A stretch of DNA of 64,000 nt. Source: Octopus vulgaris (Eukaryota). Under the pieces are notes generated by a model. It worked only from the letters and a program-made list of their open reading frames with translations, searched no databases and was not told the DNA's origin. The stretch covers positions 19,716,001-19,780,000 of the forward strand of contig OX597815.1 of NCBI GenBank assembly GCA_951406725.2, written 5' to 3'. Positions within the stretch are counted from its first letter, which is position 1; each line of letters starts with the position of its first letter. Shown here in pieces: positions 55,248 through 64,000 of this stretch. Made by a program: the position numbers and the translations under genes.

Positions 55248-55546
55248 AGACACACACACACACACACACACATCTTTATACATTGTTCACATCAGTTATA
55301 CAGTTGATCACATACCTAAACATGTGTGGCATCCTAAGAGAATCCTCTACTCACACGCATACAGGAAATGGACTCGCTTCTGTATCTGTAACACAGAGAA
55401 AGGTACGTACTGTCGTACGTTATCTCCCTTGGTTGAAAAGCTCTATTTTTATGTAAAGCATCTTTCCACTCGACCCATTTCTGTTATTCTATAATAAATT
55501 TCATTGTAAACACTATTACTTCCATGTAACTTTCTTCCCTTCTTCA

Positions 55547-56320
<774 letters not shown>

Positions 56321-56736
56321 AAATAAACATACTCACAAGTAAGCACACACTATTGAAGTTCCTTGCGAGATTGGGTCCTTTAATTGCAGCGATGAAACGT
56401 GATAATCCGATCAGTCCTTGGCTGTCGTTAAAAAAATATTCTCGAATCAAATTGATGAAAGTGGTATAAGAAACGATGTTGTCAAAAAAGCCAGATAACG
56501 TGGTTCTTCAGTTCAGGTCTGTGGTTCGTGAATCTCAGTTCACAAATCACCATACCAACTTAATTGGAATTTCAAAATTCTTTTTCCATCGAAAGACCAC
56601 TACAAAAGACTTCGTATTATTGATTTAATTAGTGAGGAGATAATCGCTGTTTTTGAAAGTACAATGCTAACGAATGAAAAATTGATCATTCCACCAAACA
56701 GTTCCAACATTATTGTCTATTTCTATTTTTTTTCTA

Positions 56737-56934
56737 TTTTACTTGTTTCAGTCATTTGACTGCGGCCATGCTGGAGCACCGCCTTTAGTCGAGCAAATCG
56801 ACCCCGGAACTTATTCTTTGTAAGCCCAGTACTTATTCTATCGGTGTCTTTTGCCGAACCGCTAAGTGACGGGGACGTAAACACACCAGCATCGGTTGTC
56901 AAGCAATGCTAGGGGGACAAACACAGACACACAA

Positions 56935-56995
<61 letters not shown>

Positions 56996-57153
56996 TACGA
57001 TAGGCTTCTTTCAGTTTCCGTCTACCAAATCCACTCACAAGGCATTGGTCGTCCCGGGGCTATAGCAGAAGACACTTGCCCAAGATGCCACGCAGTGGGA
57101 CTGAACCCGGAACCATGTGGTTGGTTAGCAAGCTACTTACCACACAGCCACTC
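56737..57153 (-). mobile_element. SINE family A
   Basis: Reverse complement of 10063-10480. Confidence 0.9.
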
Positions 57154-58971
57154 TTAATTTTGTTCTTTTTCTTTAAACCTAGATCAGCTATGATCGAGTG
57201 AACGGGTGATAAAATACCGTCGCAACTGTTACATTACCATTTCTTACCTAGACAGTATACAACGTTCACCTTGTCCAGTGAGATCTCGTCTAAGAATTTA
57301 GGGTATAATTTGAGAGAAATTTGGGGAGGCCTCATGTATCACCCTTACTGCCTCTTCAACCTTATTTTCCTTAAGTCTTCTCTATGTGTTAACCATCACA
57401 TCATGGAGATGTTGCAGTACCGGTTACGCATGTTAACTTTTACTTTACTTTAACGCGTTCACATATTTAGATGGATTAGACTTCTTAATTATTAAATCGA
57501 AATTTACGAATGAAGCTCTCCTTCTTATTTTGAGCGATCAGGACTACATTTCTGCTATACAGAATTCAGAGCATCTATGCGGTTACTTCGAATCTTATAA
57601 TCTTTTATAGTGAATTTGCCTATCACACTCAGATACGTTTAACGTCTGTCACTTTTTGTTCCACTAATATGAATTTATAACCAATCTATGACGGAGCTAA
57701 ATTAATATTCCTTGACCTTTGCTATATGCACAACTACAAAAGTTATATGTTTTCCAATAATACACCCAAATACATAAACTCCCGTAAACTTAAACATATA
57801 TATCAATTTCAATATCAATACACGTATGTGTATATATATATATATATATACATACATACATACATACATACATACATACATACATACATACATACATACA
57901 TACGTATACAACATAATCACACACACACATGTAATTATGTATGTATGCATGTATGTATGTACGTACGTATGTATTTATGTACGTACGTATGTATGTATGT
58001 ATGTATGTATGTATGTATGTATGTATATGCACACGTTTATACATGCATGTATATATGTTTGTTTCTGTGCGTGTATCTATATGTATTTACACTGCAGCTT
58101 TATGTATATGATTGTGTATAGAGTTACGCATGCCAAATGGTTCCCGTCTGTACTAAATTCTCCTTGATGTTCACATCTTTGATATCTATGAGGTATTTTA
58201 CTTTATTTCTAGCAACAAATTAAAGAAATGCGATGAAAAATAAGATTCTAGGTACATTATCTAAGTGCATATCCCTTTGTTTAATATCCAGATCATATTT
58301 CAGAGAATATATATACTCCCCAGACGATCATTCATGGACTGATACACTATATCACTGTCAAGTCCATGCTAACACATTTAAGTCTGAATGACCTTCTGTG
58401 ATATCTATCCACATTTTTGTCGATCAGAAAGGTTTGCTCTCCCAAACGTATCAATAAGTCATTCCTTGTTTGAATTTTCCTTATTAGAACGTATGGATCA
58501 AATTTTCTCAAAATCGTTATATATTTCTCCTACAAAATGCTCGAGTGTTTCCTTATTATTTAAGCAATGCAGTGGAAAAGAACTGGTAACGTTTAGCGTC
58601 GGCAAATAATAAATACAAACAATTCAGAGGGCGAAGAAATGTTTTAAACGTCTCGAGTAGAAAACTTCGATAACGTTATTAGATTCATTATTGATTCGTT
58701 TCTCAGCCCGTAGTTTTAGACGTCTATTTCTGTTTTCACATTAATATAAAATATTAATATTAATTTTGTATAATCACTTCTGAAGAATTACTATTGTTTG
58801 TTCCGTCCGTTATGCAGTGACCATAATTCCTATTGTTCAGAAGTTCTTGCAGTCTTCAATGGAGTTATGGTTTATAATGATATTTTTTTTTGCAATACAT
58901 TTTATAGTTACAAGTTATATTTTGTATTGGTTCACATCCTCTGTTACAAGCTATGCTCTAATCATTTATAT

Positions 58972-59170
58972 TTTACTTGTTTCAGGCATTGGCCTGCTGG
59001 AATCCCCAATTCCTCGGCCACTGCTGGGAAGTGCTTAATCGATTACATAGAGCCTACTACTTAGTTTTAAACCTAGTTGTTATTCAATAGGTCTCTTTTG
59101 CTGAACTCCTAAGTTACAGAGACGTAAACAAAGCAACAACGTTTCTCAAGTCATGAGGAAAACAAGCAGA
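58972..59170 (-). mobile_element. Diverged SINE family A 3' half
   Basis: TTTTACTTGTTTCAG...GCTGGA...GGTCTCTTTTGCTGAAC..CTAAGTTAC. Confidence 0.6.
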
Positions 59171-59925
59171 AAGGCACACACACACACACACACATTCAGA
59201 CCCTAAAACAAACGGGTCTTAGGATCTGAAAAAACGCTGTAAAGCTAAGCGCTTTATGGGCATGAAACCCAGGGTAACCCCACAGAGGTATCTTTTCTTT
59301 GAGATTTACTTCGCAGATTTCAATATGGTCACAAAGAAAATAACAAGACATCTTTCAGCCAAAACAGTTCCAAGTAGTTATGAACACGCGAATGTGAGTT
59401 AATGTGTGTGCACTTGTGGTTCTATGTGTTGATATATTATAATTGAATGAGATACAGTCAACAAGAAGGAGAACGGTTGTACAGTTATTTTTTAAAATCA
59501 TTATTTTATTCAATTTTATTTTCACACACGACGAATGCCCAAATCTAGACTTGAGAAGTATATCGTAAAGCCACCAGCTATTTGGTAATTAATAAGGGTG
59601 GACGAACTCTGTTTTGTACTCTGCTACATTCCTGACGGAATATACCTTAAACTGTATATGTAAGTAGTTTAAAGATCCAATAGAAGTAGAATCAACAAAT
59701 AAAAGGATTCCATCCAGTGAAAGATAAATACACAACCGAAACAACTATTAATATCTTCATGTTTTTATGATACTTAAACATATTTATAAAATGTGTCATG
59801 TACCTTAAAGCAATCTTTCAGGATCTGTTTCTGCGTTAGATATATTTTAACAACAAGGACGCTGGACAGTAAGAAAATAAGACAAAAAAATAGAAAAAGA
59901 ATGTCCAGCATCCTTGTAGTTAAAA

Positions 59926-60299
59926 CTAGCAGTATCGCCCGGCGTTGCTCAGGTTTGTAAGGGAAATAACTATAAAGCATTTTTAGAGAGTTATAGCCAA
60001 AAAATAGAAAAAAAATGATGGTAAATTTTTTTTGAGAGTTAAAACAGGTGGAGTTGCGTCCCCTAGACGGTCTGTGGTTTGGGTTTCTCATTCTCGACCC
60101 CATGTCGAATTTATCGATTTTTTTCAGAACTGGGGGAACTTTTCAAATTTTTCGCTGCGTTAGTTTTGAATTATGACATTGGGCTATGTGTGTGTTAAGT
60201 TTCATCAGAATCGGTTGAAAGCCGTGGTCAGGGTGAGGGTACGAGAAAACAGACACACAGAAACACGCACAGACAAACTGCCGTTTATATAGAGAGAGA
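59926..60299 (-). mobile_element. Non-autonomous Helitron
   Basis: Minus strand starts A|TC and ends CTAG|T, with subterminal hairpin CCTGAGC-AAC-GCCGGG about 8 nt before CTAG; no TSD. Confidence 0.75.
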
Positions 60300-60314
60300 T
60301 ATACATATAACCAT

Positions 60315-60530
60315 AAGGCGGCTAGCTGACAGAAACGTTAGCACGCCGGATGAAAGGATTAGCAATATTTCGTCTGTCTTAACTTTCTGAATTCAAATTC
60401 CGCCGAGGTCGACTTTGCCTTTCACTCTTTCGGGGTCGATAAATTAAGTACCAGTTGCATACTGGCGTCGATCTAATCGACTGGCCCCCTCCCCCAAAAT
60501 TTCGGGCCTTGTGCCTAGAGTAGAAAAGAA
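60315..60530 (+). mobile_element. SINE family B (tail type 2)
   Basis: Head and Meta-like core as above; tail CCCCTCCCCCAAAATTTCGGGCCTTGTGCC. Confidence 0.85.
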
Positions 60531-60627
60531 TATATATAAGGCATAAACAGAGCTGGAATGATTGCTTTAATATACACGACGTATTTTATAAATATGCCTG
60601 TTCAAGTGTAATAAAAGCATGAAATTA

Positions 60628-60827
60628 CAGGGTGCGTTAGAAATACCTCCCACATTTGAAAGGGGAAAAAGAAACAACATTTATGAAAAATTAATTTTAC
60701 TGTTGCTTAAACAAAGGGTAACTTTTTGTTCATTAGCTAAATGAAAACATCATTGGAACTTGCATAAGTTCATTAGCAGCACACAGGTGAAAGTTTAAAA
60801 TGTGGGAGGTATTTCTGCCGCACCCTG
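60628..60827. mobile_element. Tc1/mariner MITE, 200 bp
   Basis: ~30-bp TIRs CAGGGTGCG..AGAAATACCTCCCACATTT; TA on both sides. Confidence 0.9.
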
Positions 60828-60862
60828 TATTAGTAACTCTTTTGGTTGTGTGTGTGTGTATG

Positions 60863-60908
<46 letters not shown>

Positions 60909-60914
60909 TATATA

Positions 60915-61131
60915 TATTTCTTTACTACCCACAAGGGACTAAACACAGAGGGGACAAACAAGGACAGACAAAGGGAGTAAGTCGATTACATCGACCCCAG
61001 TGTGTAACTGGTGCTCAATTTATCGACCCCGAAAGGATGAAAGGCAAAGTCGACCTCGATGGAATTTGAACTCGGAACGTATCGACAGACGAAATACGGC
61101 TACGCATTTCGCTCGGCGTGCTAACGTTTCT
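60915..61131 (-). mobile_element. SINE family B (tail type 1)
   Basis: Reverse complement of 44700-44917. Confidence 0.85.
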
Positions 61132-61136
61132 ATATA

Positions 61137-61264
61137 CAGGCTTCTTCAATTTCCGCTCTCAAGGATTTGGTTAGTCCAGGGTTATAGTGAAGACACTCAC
61201 CCGAGGTGCCATATAGTGGGACAGAATTCAAAACAGTGTGGCTGGGAAGCAAGTTTCTTACCAC
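61137..61264 (-). mobile_element. SINE family A 5' fragment
   Basis: CAGGCTTCTT...GAAGACAC...GGTGCCA..AGTGGGAC...TTCTTACCAC. Confidence 0.65.
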
Positions 61265-62059
61265 TTAGCGATATTGCAAATATCCTTACAAGAACTTGAC
61301 AGCTGATTCCACCATTTTTGGCACACTTGCATATTACTGTTGATTTTTTTCGATTTTTTGGCTTTCTTTTTTCCCAGTGACCCAAGTAAGGCAATTCCAG
61401 TTCTTCTTTTTTTCTTCTTTTAGATATAATAATAATATGTGGTTATAAATGTTATTCGATATTACTTCATTTTCGCTCTTTAACGGGATTTTTATTATTC
61501 CACAGCACTGAACTATTCTACTTTACAATTATTCTTTCATCGAATTTTCTAAAGTACAGTTTGAATACTTCTCGTATCTGAGCATCCTTTCCTTGGCCTA
61601 TTTAACTTTCTATATAGAATAACTATATACCAGTTAGGTCTTTCCATCTTCCTATGTAGCATAAAAATTCAGCATCCCATATTTCCTTAGGAATATTACA
61701 TCTAATAGATAGGAACTATCTATCGATCTATACATCTATTTTTCTTTCTATATATCAGCCTTGCTTATTAAACTCACTCGCTGTGTGTGTGTGTATGTGT
61801 GTGTGTGTGTGTATGCGTGTGAGTGTGCGCACTCTGCTTGAGAATGCGAACTGGTAGCATCTCTTTCATCCGGTGCTCACTAGAGATCAGAAAGATTTCG
61901 GTAACTCCCTGCCACTATTAGTGTCTCCAACAGTGCCACGTCGATTTCGTTCTACCCTTGGCTGACGTTAAATTTTTAATTTCTTTATTTGTTTGATCTC
62001 CTCTTAAGCATCATGACAAATTATATATGCGTGTGCATATAAGTATGTCATGTACGTGT

Positions 62060-62700
<641 letters not shown>

Positions 62701-63064
62701 GTATTGGTTAGATCAAAAGTTGCAGTAAATATAAATACATTCTGCTGTGTTATTTTTCCATAATTAATACTATATAGACCACTGTTGCTATATTGATTAA
62801 CCGGTTTATAATTAGTTTGCATTTACCTCGAGCTACTTTTATTACTAATTTCTAACTCTTTCAGTGTTTTTTTACTTGTGATTTTGTTTTTGTTTTTTTT
62901 TGTTTTTTTGCTTTTGTTTTGTTTTTGTTTTTTTCATTTGTCCAATCAGCTTTGACTCTGAATACTCTCTCACGCCATCTTTTATCGTCTTTAACGATTT
63001 CTCTCTATATCTGTCCCGCGTTTTCTACCTATGTTCCTGTTTTGCTATTCCAGCCCTCTCTCTT

Positions 63065-63104
<40 letters not shown>

Positions 63105-64000
63105 ATTCGTTCCGTCTCAATTATTTTTATTTTGCTCCTTTTTCTTTTCTTTTCGTTTCTATATCCTCACTCTACAGTAGTATTTTTCTCTGACACTCCG
63201 ATTCTTTCATTGTTCCTGTGTCCCTTCTTTCTTATACTCCCACCACTCATACCTATACAATCTCTCGTGATTTTGCTCCTTTTCTTTTTACTTACACATT
63301 CGCCAAAAATCTCCCTCTTTTCTTCTCGCCCATTCTCTCTATATCTTTCACATACCTCATTGGTTCCCACTCTTGTTGCTACACTCATTCCCTCCTCTCT
63401 TACTCTTCTCTCTCTCTCTCTCGCTTTATCAAAATCTCGCCCCTCTGTCACTTCGTCACAGCTAAGGGCTTGAGTTAATTATGTAGATATTTTTGTTCTC
63501 TACACAATAGTATTTACTCAACAAAATATAAGATTTATTAACAGTCGGTAACTAAAGATAATATTTGATGCCTTTACTATTACTTTCTTGTTAACAAAAC
63601 TATTTCTTATATACAGAATCATTCTTTGTCATCTTACAATGTCTACGAGAGCGAATTTTTCCAAATTTTACTTATTTTGTTTAGACGCACTCAGATTTTT
63701 TTGAATATTAGACTGTTACCATATTTTTTGGTCCGCTTAAAAGCTTATATATTTATTAGTTAATTGATTACCTTGTCTTTTGCGATGATTTTTGTGATAT
63801 CTCCACCATCTTTGGAACTCTTACACTTTAATATCTGCGTAAAGAAGAATTCGACAAACATTTCGTTTCGATTTTCGTCCTGATTCTAATCGGTTGATTA
63901 ACGATATTTTTTAATTTTTGCAGAACTACAGGAATACTGGTCGTCTCAATATAAGCATAAATCTGGGAAATCATAACCCTTAAGATGTTATCTACTGACC

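Overview
AT-rich eukaryotic (metazoan) DNA dominated by TA/CA/GA/AAT/AGAT microsatellites and interspersed repeats. The repeat content suggests an octopod cephalopod, but this is inference. Almost all ORFs in the supplied track are microsatellite artefacts. Supportable coding-derived sequence is limited to: a 5'-truncated CR1/Jockey-group LINE (50880-54180, minus strand; APE+RT), a mariner transposase remnant, remnants of a Penelope-like element (PLE, GIY-YIG), an RTE LINE and a second CR1-like LINE, a decayed histone H2B, and one candidate first coding exon (21114-21253). Several tRNA-derived SINE families, a hAT MITE, a Tc1/mariner MITE and a non-autonomous Helitron are also present. Two signals stand out. 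(1) A set of short non-coding elements carry PLE-type minimal hammerhead ribozymes (HHRs) and several sit as outward-facing palindromes. They include a tRNA-headed SINE with an HHR tail and HHR variants in which the C3-G8 tertiary pair appears swapped (G3 with U8/C8; A3-U8). (2) A retrovirus-like U_UUU_UUA slippery site lies in the ORF1/ORF2 overlap of the LINE, whose ORF2 has no AUG upstream of its endonuclease domain. All alignments and folds were done by eye; no searches were run.
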